From contig LJSY01000020.1 of the NCBI GenBank assembly GCA_001314805.1, positions 498 to 64,497 of the forward strand: a DNA stretch of 64,000 nt, in the 5' to 3' direction. The notes under the pieces were generated by a model that was given only the letters and a program-made list of their open reading frames with translations, did not search any database and had not been told where the DNA came from. This document shows, piece after piece, positions 1-8,581 of this stretch. A program made the translations under genes and the position numbers. The number at the start of each line of letters is the position of its first letter. Position 1 is the first letter of the stretch. Origin of the DNA: Rhodobacteraceae bacterium HLUCCO18 (GTDB lineage Bacteria > Pseudomonadota > Alphaproteobacteria > Rhodobacterales > Rhodobacteraceae).

Positions 1-335
1 ACATCGAACGCCTTGTACACATACATGCGATCCGGATTAAACCAGTCGGCATCCTTGTCACTACCCTCCGGGAACCCCTCGAAACTGTCGAAGGCCCAAA
101 GGTCGCGGTCGTCGCCATGGCCATCGAGCATCATCGCGAAAAGGGCGAGACTGTATCCCGAACCGACACCGCATTCGACGACGCTTCCGCCGAGCGACCG
201 CGTCTCGTTCAGAGCGTCGAGGAGATGGAGCGCCTTCTGCGCCCTCCTGTCGAGAGGCTTCGCTCGTCTGCGTTCGATAGAGTTCCGATACTTGTTCTCT
301 TTGAGTCTCCGAAAGTACTTCCAAGGTGCTATCAT
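1..335 (-). CDS. Class I SAM-dependent methyltransferase, TylF/MycF-like (N-terminal part only; gene runs off the left edge)
   Basis: Not in the ORF track because it has no stop in the window. ATG at 335..333. Translation MIAPWKYFRRLKENKYRN...SVVECGVGSGYSLALFAMML...LWAFDSFEGFPEG shows a glycine-rich SAM loop and the DSFEGFP motif typical of TylF-type O-methyltransferases. Confidence 0.7.
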   Translation of the reverse strand, partial: MIAPWKYFRRLKENKYRNSIERRRAKPLDRRAQKALHLLDALNETRSLGGSVVECGVGSGYSLALFAMMLDGHGDDRDLWAFDSFEGFPEGSDKDADWFNPDRMYVYKAFD

Positions 336-393
336 TTTTGTAGGTCCCATTGAACTACATTAACGTCACGTTGAGCGCTTCGAGGAAGAACCT

Positions 394-1095
394 TCATTCC
401 TTTAGGAAATGCGCCTCGACCTTGTCGATATCCTCCAGCGTGTCGATCGAGACATGCGCGCCCTCGATCACCACCGCGCCCGTGTCCGGTCCCATGATCG
501 CGCCATGCTCCAGCAGGCAGTCGCGCGTGAAGGCGTAGGCCACGCCATTGCGGTGATAGACCGGCGAAAGCTGCTGCCGCGCGATGATGCCCGCGCCGCG
601 GGGATCGAAGAACTGCATCCGTCCGTCCTCGACCGAAAGCTGCTTGAGCGGATGGTATTTCAGGTCCGTGGGCGACACCGTCCACACCGCGTCATGGCCG
701 CCATCGACCAGCTTCACGATGGTATCGCGCACATTGGCCGCCGTCCTCAGCGGCGAGGTGGGTTGCAGCATGACAACGATGTCGTAGATGCACCCGTCGA
801 TCCGCTCCATCTCGGTCAGGGCGTGCTGCAGAACGTCCCAGTCCCCCACCCGGTCGCCGGACAGCGCCTCGGGCCGGCGGAACGGCGCGGCAAGGCCGTG
901 GGCCTCTGCCTCTGTCGCGATGCCCTCGTGATCGGTCGAAACCACGCGACGGTCGATCTCGTCCACGGCGGCAGCGATACCGGCGGCATGGGCGACGAGC
1001 GAGCGGCCCGCGACATGCCTGAGGTTCTTCAGCGGAATGCCCTTGGACCCGCCCCGGGCCGGCACGACAGCGAGAACGCGGCGTCCACCGATCAT
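394..1095 (-). CDS. Acylneuraminate cytidylyltransferase family protein (CMP-nonulosonic acid synthetase)
   Basis: 233-aa ORF. N-terminal VLAVVPARGGSKGIPLKNL motif and overall layout of the CMP-NeuAc synthetase family. The start overlaps the stop of the upstream HAD gene by 4 nt. Confidence 0.85.
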   Translation of the reverse strand: MIGGRRVLAVVPARGGSKGIPLKNLRHVAGRSLVAHAAGIAAAVDEIDRRVVSTDHEGIATEAEAHGLAAPFRRPEALSGDRVGDWDVLQHALTEMERIDGCIYDIVVMLQPTSPLRTAANVRDTIVKLVDGGHDAVWTVSPTDLKYHPLKQLSVEDGRMQFFDPRGAGIIARQQLSPVYHRNGVAYAFTRDCLLEHGAIMGPDTGAVVIEGAHVSIDTLEDIDKVEAHFLKE

Positions 1096-1703
1096 GCAAC
1101 AAGAACCTTCCGGACATCCGCCAGAGCGTGACGCTCACCCGGCAAGCGATCGCCGACGGGAATGAAGCGCGCGCCGCATTCGGCCGCGCTGTCGCGATCG
1201 TCTTCGCCATCACCTATGACCACGATACGGCCGGGCGCCACGCCGCGCTCATGGATCAGCCGACGAAGCGTCTCGGGCTTCGTCGCCGGGCGGCCATGCA
1301 GACCATCGAAGAAATGCGCCCAGCCGCGCGCGGCGACCACTCGCTCCAGCGACACGAGCGGCGTGGCCGAACTGACGCGCAATTCGATCCCGTCCGACCG
1401 CAGCGCGTCGATCAGATCGACCGCCCCGGGGATCTCGGTGGCCGCCGCCACCCTGTCGTCCACAAGCCGCGTGTAGTCCTCGGCGATGCGATGCGCCTCG
1501 GTTTCCGGCAACCCGAGATGCGCGGCGAACCTCAAGGCCACGGAAAAACGGTCCGCGCCAGGGATCTTGCGTGCCTCCGCCATCGCCGCCGGTCCACCGT
1601 CGAACCGAGCCGCGATCACGTCGTAACCTTCGGACTTGATGGCGTTCGAGTCCACGAGCGTTCCGTCGAAGTCGAACACGACGATGTCGCAGCCGCGCGT
1701 CAT
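1092..1703 (-). CDS. HAD-superfamily hydrolase (phosphatase, subfamily IA-like)
   Basis: 203-aa ORF with HAD motifs DFDGTLVDS (I), VSSAT (II) and GDGEDD (IV). It has 4-nt overlaps with both neighbours. Confidence 0.8.
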   Translation of the reverse strand: MTRGCDIVVFDFDGTLVDSNAIKSEGYDVIAARFDGGPAAMAEARKIPGADRFSVALRFAAHLGLPETEAHRIAEDYTRLVDDRVAAATEIPGAVDLIDALRSDGIELRVSSATPLVSLERVVAARGWAHFFDGLHGRPATKPETLRRLIHERGVAPGRIVVIGDGEDDRDSAAECGARFIPVGDRLPGERHALADVRKVLVA

Positions 1704-3244
1704 CGGTTCCCGAGCGCCTCGTTCAGTTGGAAGCGGCCCCAGTGGTCGACGACCGTCTTGCGCTCGGCATGCTCGAGCCGGTTGATTGCCGGGTCACGAT
1801 AGACGGAGTCGCCGCGATGGGCCGTCGTGGAGATCTCTTCGAAGATGCAGCCTGTCTCCGTCCAGAAGCGGTGCCAGACACCCGGCCGCACCGTCAGCGT
1901 GTCGCCGGGAACGAGCGTCCGCAACTGGCCGTCGAGCTCGATGTTGAGATCGCCATAGACGACGACGAAGGTCTCTTCCTTGAGCTTGTGGTAATGCAGC
2001 GGGTGCGATTGCCCCGGAAGCTGGACGAGGATCTTCTTGGCATAGTCACGATTGACGACGGTGATCAGGACGGCGCCGATCTCGTTGAACCTTTCAACCC
2101 CGTAATGGTGGGAATACTCGGTCGTGAAGTCGTGGTTGAGCGGCACGCGGGCCTTGGTCAGGAGCGCCTTGACCTCGTGGACGGCGCGCTTGAGCACGGT
2201 TTCGCGGCCGCGTTCCGGCACGGATACCGCGTCCGGGGTCAGCGGAGCGTCGGCGGCGATGGGATCGGTCGCCATCATGCCGTCGGTCCACGCGCCGGAC
2301 GCGATCTGCCCCTCGCGACGCGGGAAGGCGAAATAGACGTCTTCGGCCCGGATCGCCTGCCCCTTCTCGATGGCCCTCCGCGCGAAGATGCCCCGCGCGA
2401 GACCGTCGATGGCCTCCGCCTCCTCGGGACGTGGTTCGCCGCGCTCCGGGCGACCGATGATCCTGCGCGCCCGCGTCCAGGCGGCCAGCCAGTCGCGGGT
2501 CTGGTCGGGCGTCGCGGAATAGGCGTTGAGCGTGATCTCGTCGGTGGGGACGCCCACATGACGCTCGAACATCTCGGCACCCAGTGCCTGCGCGAGCCCC
2601 ACATGGACAGTATCGGCCGGGTTCTCGTGGGTGGACCAACCGATGACGACGCCCCGATATCGTTCCTTGAATTCCGCGATATTGCCGAGGTTGCAGGCGT
2701 CGTCGGGTGTCGGGTAGATTGATACGCAATGCATCAGCGCATAGTCGCAGGCGCGGTGCTGCAGAAAGCTGTTGAGCGCGTCCACCTCGTGAATGGTCAG
2801 CCCGCCGGTGGAGGCGATGACAGGCAGGCCCGACGCCGCCACACGCTCCAGTAATGGCCAGTCGGCGGCCGAGCAGCTCGCGACCTTGATGATGTCGAAG
2901 TCCATGCGCTCAATCTGATCGACCGAAGCCTCGTCGAAGGGCGTGCACATGCCCAGCATTCCCTGCGCCCGCGCCTCGGCCAGCATCTCCTCGTAGGCTT
3001 TCCAGGGCAGGCGCGTCGACAGGAAGCGCGGGACGTGCTTGTTGGTAGAGGATTTCCTGTCATCGGGATGCACGAAGTCCGGCAGGTCGCGGAACTGGAA
3101 CTTCATCGCGGCGCGCACACCGGCCTCGGCGACCGCGGCGCCATGCTCGCGGATCACGCGTTTGCCATGGTCCACATCGCCCTGATGGTTGTTGGCCAGA
3201 TCCAGCACGAAGAGGTCGCGGAAGTCGAACTTGTCGGGGGTCAT
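1700..3244 (-). CDS. NeuB-family nonulosonic acid synthase fused to SAF and C-terminal cupin domains
   Basis: 514-aa ORF. Residues ~10-265 resemble the PEP-condensing NeuB/PseI/LegI family and ~280-340 a SAF domain (GLARGIFARRAIEKGQAIRAEDV). Residues ~385-480 form a cupin with an intact motif 1, G-x5-H-x-H-x4-E-x6-G (GQSHPLHYHKLKEETFVVVYG), and a second His (PGVWHRF). Confidence 0.85.
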   Translation of the reverse strand: MTPDKFDFRDLFVLDLANNHQGDVDHGKRVIREHGAAVAEAGVRAAMKFQFRDLPDFVHPDDRKSSTNKHVPRFLSTRLPWKAYEEMLAEARAQGMLGMCTPFDEASVDQIERMDFDIIKVASCSAADWPLLERVAASGLPVIASTGGLTIHEVDALNSFLQHRACDYALMHCVSIYPTPDDACNLGNIAEFKERYRGVVIGWSTHENPADTVHVGLAQALGAEMFERHVGVPTDEITLNAYSATPDQTRDWLAAWTRARRIIGRPERGEPRPEEAEAIDGLARGIFARRAIEKGQAIRAEDVYFAFPRREGQIASGAWTDGMMATDPIAADAPLTPDAVSVPERGRETVLKRAVHEVKALLTKARVPLNHDFTTEYSHHYGVERFNEIGAVLITVVNRDYAKKILVQLPGQSHPLHYHKLKEETFVVVYGDLNIELDGQLRTLVPGDTLTVRPGVWHRFWTETGCIFEEISTTAHRGDSVYRDPAINRLEHAERKTVVDHWGRFQLNEALGNR

Positions 3245-3251
3245 GGCAGCC

Positions 3252-4349
3252 TCACTCCGTCGAAAGGGCTTCGGGACGGCAGCCCTTCGAATAATCGATG
3301 CCGACGCGCCGGCCGGTGCTGTCGCTGAGATGCGCAGCGGCGATCACCAGCATCGTGTCGAGCCCGCGGTCCAGCGAGATCGGGCTGTTGGCGCCGTTCT
3401 CAAGACAGGCATCTATATGGCCGAGCTCGCGGATGAAGTCGTCGGGCCGGGTCTTGGAGATATCGGTGGTGACGGCTTCGGCACCATCCGCAGCCTCGAC
3501 GACACGGTCGATCCCGGGCTCGGCGCCGCACTGCCACTCCACGAAACCATCCTCGAACTGCATGCGGGCTGATTTGCGTGTCGGCTTGGTCACGACATCC
3601 TGCGTGCACTGACCGATCAGGCCGCTCTCGGATTCCAGGTGCAACGCGCAAAGCCTGTCATACTCGACGCGTCCATCCCGGACCCAGTCCATCCGCGCCG
3701 AGACCGTCGTGACCCGCCCGGCACCGATTTCATGGGCGAAATGCTGCCAGAGGTTGATCGCGTGGGAATGCTCGCCGCTGGCGCCGCCACCACGTGCGGA
3801 AAAGCCCAAGTAGGTCTCCCACGGTCCGGCAAGCCACGGGTGCGCGGCGAAGATGCCGCCCCAGTACTCGCGAAAATCCACGTCGAGGGTCGCGATCGCG
3901 CCGAGATCGCCCGAGGCCGCGCGCGCCGCCGCCTGTTCGGCAGCGGCCCCGACGACATGGTCGTAGCCGGTGAACACCCGCACGCCCGCCTGCGCCGCGG
4001 CCTCACGCAGGTCTTCGGCCCCTTCAAGCGCCGGACCGCAGAGCGGTTTCTCGACAAGGATCGCCGCGGGCTTCTCGTCCAGCGCGGCCATGGCCAGCTT
4101 CATGTGCACATCCGGCGGCGTGCCGATGCAAATGAGGTCGAAGCCGCCCCTGGGCGCGTCATCCGGCGCGCAAAGCGTGATCGCGTCGTCCCATGCGCCG
4201 TACCGGGCGGGATAAATCTCGTCACGGGTCCGTGCCAGTGCCGCGGGATCGATGTCGCAGATCGTGACCGACCAGCCCATCCTGCGGGAGGCATTGGCCA
4301 GATGATTGCCGATGGACCCGGCACCCACGATCTTGACGTTCGAAATCAT
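3252..4349 (-). CDS. Gfo/Idh/MocA family NAD(P)-dependent oxidoreductase
   Basis: 365-aa ORF with an N-terminal Rossmann motif (KIVGAGSIGNHLA) and the family EKP motif (ILVEKPL). It is first in the co-directional sugar cluster. Confidence 0.8.
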   Translation of the reverse strand: MISNVKIVGAGSIGNHLANASRRMGWSVTICDIDPAALARTRDEIYPARYGAWDDAITLCAPDDAPRGGFDLICIGTPPDVHMKLAMAALDEKPAAILVEKPLCGPALEGAEDLREAAAQAGVRVFTGYDHVVGAAAEQAAARAASGDLGAIATLDVDFREYWGGIFAAHPWLAGPWETYLGFSARGGGASGEHSHAINLWQHFAHEIGAGRVTTVSARMDWVRDGRVEYDRLCALHLESESGLIGQCTQDVVTKPTRKSARMQFEDGFVEWQCGAEPGIDRVVEAADGAEAVTTDISKTRPDDFIRELGHIDACLENGANSPISLDRGLDTMLVIAAAHLSDSTGRRVGIDYSKGCRPEALSTE

Positions 4350-4485
4350 CGCCGCTCTGCCCCCCCGTTTCCTCAGTTTGTTGGCAACGTGCTACAGAAA
4401 TGCGCGTCTCGCTTCCAGATCATTCTTGCGGTTGAAGCCCGCTATCCCCCCCGCTAGCAGGAGCGGGAGGGGTAAGGAGCACCCG

Positions 4486-5895
4486 ATGGTCAGTGCAAAG
4501 CCGAAGATCGCTTTCGTGGTGAGTTCGCAGCTCTTCGTGCGCAACTACTTCCGCACCGATGCGCTTTCGCGGCTGGAAGCGGAATGCGACGTGACCTTCC
4601 TCGTCTCGGACACGCTGACCGACATGGACCCGATCCAGCAGCCGGGGCGCAAGGTTGTCGTATACCAATCTGATCTGAGGAACCGTGCCCGACAGTACGA
4701 TACCTACAAGGTGCTGATCCAGCGATATCGCTATCGCTCGAGCACCTTCCAGTTCCGCCTCGACCGCATGTTCGAACCCAAACGGACCCTGCGACGGCCG
4801 TTAACATCCCATCTCCTTCACAACCTCAATGCGCTGCGCGAACGCGTCGGGATCGTCTATCGTCGCACCCGTCTGCGGCTTCTTGCGACGTCGCCGATCT
4901 ACGACCTCATCAAGCGGCGCAGGATCGACCGGCTGGAACCGGCGAGGGGGATCGCACGCGCCCTTGGGGAGGCCGACCCGGACCTCGTCGTGATGCCGTC
5001 GAGCGCATTCAATCCGGAGGGCAACGACGTTATCCGGCAATCCGAGCGCATGGGCAGGCCGACGCTGTTCCTGATCGACAACTGGGACAACCTGTCGTCG
5101 AAGTCTGTCATGCTCCTGCGCCCCGACCATCTCGGCGTCTGGGGAGAGCAGAGCGCGGAGCATGCCATGCGCATCCAGGATTTCGCGCCGAGCGAAGTGA
5201 CCCTGCTGGGCACGCCGCGCTTCGACCGATACTTCGAGCTGCGCGGGACCGATTTGGCCCCGCCATTCGACTTTCCCTACATACTCTTTCTCGGCACCTC
5301 GCTCGCCTTCGACGAGGCCAGCGCGCTGGAGCATCTGGAGGGAGTCCTGAACCGCCATCCCGAGCGGTTCGAGGGCCTGCGCATCGTCTACCGTCCGCAT
5401 CCCTGGCGCGAGAGCCGGGACACCATCGCGGGCCGTGGTCTGACCCGCGTCACGGTCGACCCGCAGGTGGCCGAGCAGTATCTCGGCAAACCCAGGGGCC
5501 TCGCCTTTCAGCCGGACCTCGACTACTACCCCGGCCTTCTGAAGAACGCCGAGATCGTTCTCGGCGGGCTGACCTCGATGCTGATCGAGGCCACGATCTT
5601 CGGGAAGGATTACGTCGCGCTGACCTATGACGACGGGATCAACATCACCAACCAGCGGACGGTTCTGGAACGCTCGGAACATTTCCGGGGGCTGGAACGC
5701 ATCCCCTCCGTGGCGTTTTGCAAGACCCGTGAGGACGTCGAATGGCTCCTGCTTGCGGCCTGGGACAATCGCGGCGCGCGCAAGCTATCCGAGATCGATG
5801 CGGGCCGACGGTTCATCCTTCACGACGACGAAAGGCCCTACGCCGAGCGGCTGGCCGACCTGATCCGGACGCGGCTGGTGGCCGCCAGCAGGTGA
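4486..5895 (+). CDS. Hypothetical protein, possible GT-B-fold transferase (family not recognised)
   Basis: The ORF track gives 4306..5895. I prefer ATG 4486 (MVSAKPKIAFVVSS...) because GGTAAGGAG lies 7-15 nt upstream. Two Rossmann-like halves are visible (KIAFVVSS...; YILFLGTSLAF...). The gene is divergent from the sugar cluster. Confidence 0.6.
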   Translation: MVSAKPKIAFVVSSQLFVRNYFRTDALSRLEAECDVTFLVSDTLTDMDPIQQPGRKVVVYQSDLRNRARQYDTYKVLIQRYRYRSSTFQFRLDRMFEPKRTLRRPLTSHLLHNLNALRERVGIVYRRTRLRLLATSPIYDLIKRRRIDRLEPARGIARALGEADPDLVVMPSSAFNPEGNDVIRQSERMGRPTLFLIDNWDNLSSKSVMLLRPDHLGVWGEQSAEHAMRIQDFAPSEVTLLGTPRFDRYFELRGTDLAPPFDFPYILFLGTSLAFDEASALEHLEGVLNRHPERFEGLRIVYRPHPWRESRDTIAGRGLTRVTVDPQVAEQYLGKPRGLAFQPDLDYYPGLLKNAEIVLGGLTSMLIEATIFGKDYVALTYDDGINITNQRTVLERSEHFRGLERIPSVAFCKTREDVEWLLLAAWDNRGARKLSEIDAGRRFILHDDERPYAERLADLIRTRLVAASR

Positions 5896-5899
5896 CCGC

Positions 5900-6781
5900 C
5901 TAGGTCCACTTCGCCACCGGCGGCAGGCTCATCAGCACCGCATTCGCGTCGTGCCCAGTCTCCAGCCCGAACTTGGTCCCCCGGTCATAAACCAGGTTGT
6001 ACTCGGCATAGACCCCCCGGTGCACCAGCTGCGCCTCGCGGTCGGCCTCGGTCCATTCGCTATGCCGCCGCCGCTCCACACATGGCACGAAAGCCGGCAG
6101 GAAGGCGCGGCCGACGTCCTGGGTGAAGGCGAAATCCGCCTCCCAGTCGCCGGTGTTCAGGTCGTCGTAGAAAATACCGCCCACGCCTCGGGCACGGTGG
6201 CGGTGGGGGACATAGAAATACTCGTCCGCCCAGGCCTTGAAGCGGTCGTAATAGTCCGGTTGATGCCGGTCGCAGTGATCCTTCAGGACGGCATGGAAAT
6301 GCGCCGTGTCCTCGTCATACTCGATCGCGGGGTTGAGGTCGGAACCGCCGCCGAACCAGTGCGCCACCGGCGTCCAGAACATCCGCGTGTTCATGTGCAC
6401 CGCAGGGACATGGGGGTTCTGCATGTGGGCGACAAGGCTGATGCCAGAGGCCCAGAAGGTCGGGTCGTCCCTCAGCCCTTCCATGTTCTTGCGCGAGGAC
6501 ATGGCGGATACGGCCCGGTCACCCAGTTGGCCGTAGACCGTGGAGACGTTCACGCCCACCTTCTCGAAGACGCGCCCCCCGCGCATGACGCTCATCAGGC
6601 CGCCGCCCGCATCCGATCCGTCCTCGGAGCGGCGCTGTGTCTGAGACACCTCGAACCGGCCGGCGGGCGCGTCGCCGCCCTGCGCGTCCTCCAGCGCCTC
6701 GAAGGCCGAGACGATGTCGTCACGCAGGCTCCGGAACCAGGTCGAAGCCCGGGATTTGCGGTCGTCGAAAATATCCTTCAT
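5900..6781 (-). CDS. hemF: Oxygen-dependent coproporphyrinogen III oxidase
   Basis: The ORF track gives 5900..6928. The start is moved to ATG 6781 (MKDIFDDRK...), which has GGAGGGAG upstream. Motifs WFGGGSDLNP, YFYVPHRHRARGVGGIFYDDL and MSVMRGGRVFEKVGVNVS are typical of HemF. Confidence 0.9.
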   Translation of the reverse strand: MKDIFDDRKSRASTWFRSLRDDIVSAFEALEDAQGGDAPAGRFEVSQTQRRSEDGSDAGGGLMSVMRGGRVFEKVGVNVSTVYGQLGDRAVSAMSSRKNMEGLRDDPTFWASGISLVAHMQNPHVPAVHMNTRMFWTPVAHWFGGGSDLNPAIEYDEDTAHFHAVLKDHCDRHQPDYYDRFKAWADEYFYVPHRHRARGVGGIFYDDLNTGDWEADFAFTQDVGRAFLPAFVPCVERRRHSEWTEADREAQLVHRGVYAEYNLVYDRGTKFGLETGHDANAVLMSLPPVAKWT

Positions 6782-7035
6782 CGGGGCTCCCTCCGTCTCT
6801 CGACACGTCTCTCGTCTTCGGTTCGGTACCACTTTTGCGCGAAAAGAACCAAGTGAACAATCGTCGCCCGTGGGCGGGTCCAAGCTGAGCAGCCTCCGGG
6901 CATTCGCCCCGATCGGCCCTCGCGACATTCAACGGCCGCATCGCATATTCGACCATGGATTTTCCTGCAAACATAGCTTAGGCTTGCCTCAAAGCCGCTT
7001 CAGACGGCGACCATTAGGCAGAGCGAGCAGGTTTC

Positions 7036-8490
7036 GTGACGACCACGCGTTTGATGGCGCCGCTGACGGCGCTGATTATCCTTTTCTGCGTTGCCCTTTC
7101 CACGCCGGCGCGTGCGGCCCCTTATGCCGCCATGGTGATGGACGCCCGCACGGGTGAGGTGCTCCATTCCCGCAACGCGGATACGCGCCTGCACCCTGCG
7201 TCCCTGACGAAGATGATGACCCTCTATATCGCGTTCGAGGCCGTGCGGTTGGGCGAGATCGACCTCGACACGGAGGTCCGCATCTCCCGCGCCGCGGCCG
7301 CCGAACCGCCGTCGAAACTCGGCCTTCGCGCCGGGTCCACGATCCGCTTCCGATTTCTCATCCGCGCCTCGGCGATCCGCTCGGCCAATGACGCCGCCAC
7401 CGCCATCGCCGAGGCGATCTCGGGCTCGGAGGCAGCCTTCGCGCGGCGCATGAACCGCACCGCGCTGGCGCTCGGCATGACGCGCACGACCTTCCGCAAC
7501 GCCCACGGGCTGACCGAGGACGGCCACATGTCCACCGCGCGTGACATGACGCTTCTGGGGCGGCGGATGGTCTACGACTACCCGCAATACTACAACATCT
7601 TCTCCCGACGGGAGGACAGCGCGGGGATCGCGCAGGTCCGCAACACCAACCGCCACGTGCTGAATGCCTATGCCGGCGCCGACGGGATCAAGACCGGCTA
7701 CACCCGCGCGGCGGGATTCAACCTCGTGGCCTCGGCGCAGCGTGGGCAGGAACGTATCATCGCGACCGTGTTCGGCGGCCAGTCCGCCGCGTGGCGAAAC
7801 CAGCGCATCATGGAGCTTCTGGACATGGGTTTCGCCCGCGCGCCCAGTCACGCCACGATACGTATTGCCGGCCTGCCGCAATACGATGACGACGGCCCCT
7901 CCAGCCATTCGGTTCGGCCCACCGGGCTTGTTGCGCGCAGCCCCCGGCCCATGCCACGGAGCCTCGCGGCGCCGGAGCCCGCGCTTGTCGCGGCGATCGG
8001 CGAGGCGGTGCAGGAAGCCGTGAGCCGGGCGACCCCGGAACCCGCGCCGCGGCCCTCCGCGGTCGCGCCGGAAGCGGTCGCGCGCGCCCTGACCGAGGCG
8101 CTGGAGCCCGTGCCTGAGGCGCCCGCACCCGGCCTGCCCGAAGCGACCGTGGCGGCAGCCCCCCTGCCCCGCCCCGACGCGCAGGCAAGCTTCGCCGCGC
8201 CACCGACGCCGGCCCCCGCCGTGGCCGAGGTCGTGATGCGCGCCTCTTCCACCGGCTCGCGGCTCTACGGTGTTTCTCTGGGACGGCAGAATTCGCATCA
8301 CGCCGCCGAACGACTGCTGCTGCAGACCGCGCTGGCGGAGCTTGGAACCTTCGACGATGCGCTCAGGCGCGTGGTTCAGCGACAGGACGGGTACGAGGCA
8401 CGGTTTGCGGGGATGACCGAAGATCAGGCGACGCGCGCCTGCGCGCGGCTTGCGGTGCGCAACTTGGCCTGCGAGACCTTCGGGCCCTGA
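7036..8490 (+). CDS. D-alanyl-D-alanine carboxypeptidase (S11 PBP) with Pro/Ala-rich linker and C-terminal SPOR-like domain
   Basis: 484 aa from GTG 7036 (alternative ATG 7054) with a signal peptide ending ARA. Motifs are SxxK (ASLTKMMT), SxN (RSAND) and KTG (IKTGYT). The C-terminal ~75 aa are SPOR-like (YGVSLGRQNS...ARFAGMTEDQATRACARL). Confidence 0.85.
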   Translation: MTTTRLMAPLTALIILFCVALSTPARAAPYAAMVMDARTGEVLHSRNADTRLHPASLTKMMTLYIAFEAVRLGEIDLDTEVRISRAAAAEPPSKLGLRAGSTIRFRFLIRASAIRSANDAATAIAEAISGSEAAFARRMNRTALALGMTRTTFRNAHGLTEDGHMSTARDMTLLGRRMVYDYPQYYNIFSRREDSAGIAQVRNTNRHVLNAYAGADGIKTGYTRAAGFNLVASAQRGQERIIATVFGGQSAAWRNQRIMELLDMGFARAPSHATIRIAGLPQYDDDGPSSHSVRPTGLVARSPRPMPRSLAAPEPALVAAIGEAVQEAVSRATPEPAPRPSAVAPEAVARALTEALEPVPEAPAPGLPEATVAAAPLPRPDAQASFAAPPTPAPAVAEVVMRASSTGSRLYGVSLGRQNSHHAAERLLLQTALAELGTFDDALRRVVQRQDGYEARFAGMTEDQATRACARLAVRNLACETFGP

Positions 8491-8497
8491 GACGCGA

Positions 8498-8581
8498 TCA
8501 CGACCTGGGCCCCGTCACGACCTGGTTCCCGTCACGGCCTGGGCCCTGTCACGACTTGGGCCCTGTCATGACTTGGGCTTG
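8498..8581. repeat. Five head-to-tail copies of a 17-bp unit (TCACGACCTGGGCCCCG and variants)
   Basis: Read directly: units at 8498-8514, 8515-8531, 8532-8548, 8549-8565 and 8566-8581 (last unit 16 bp). The last unit is the final five codons plus stop of ccoS on the minus strand. Confidence 0.9.

Noticed and set aside
8498-8581. Possible CRISPR array
   Set aside because: The units are contiguous 17-mers with no spacers. They are far shorter than CRISPR repeats, and no cas genes are nearby.
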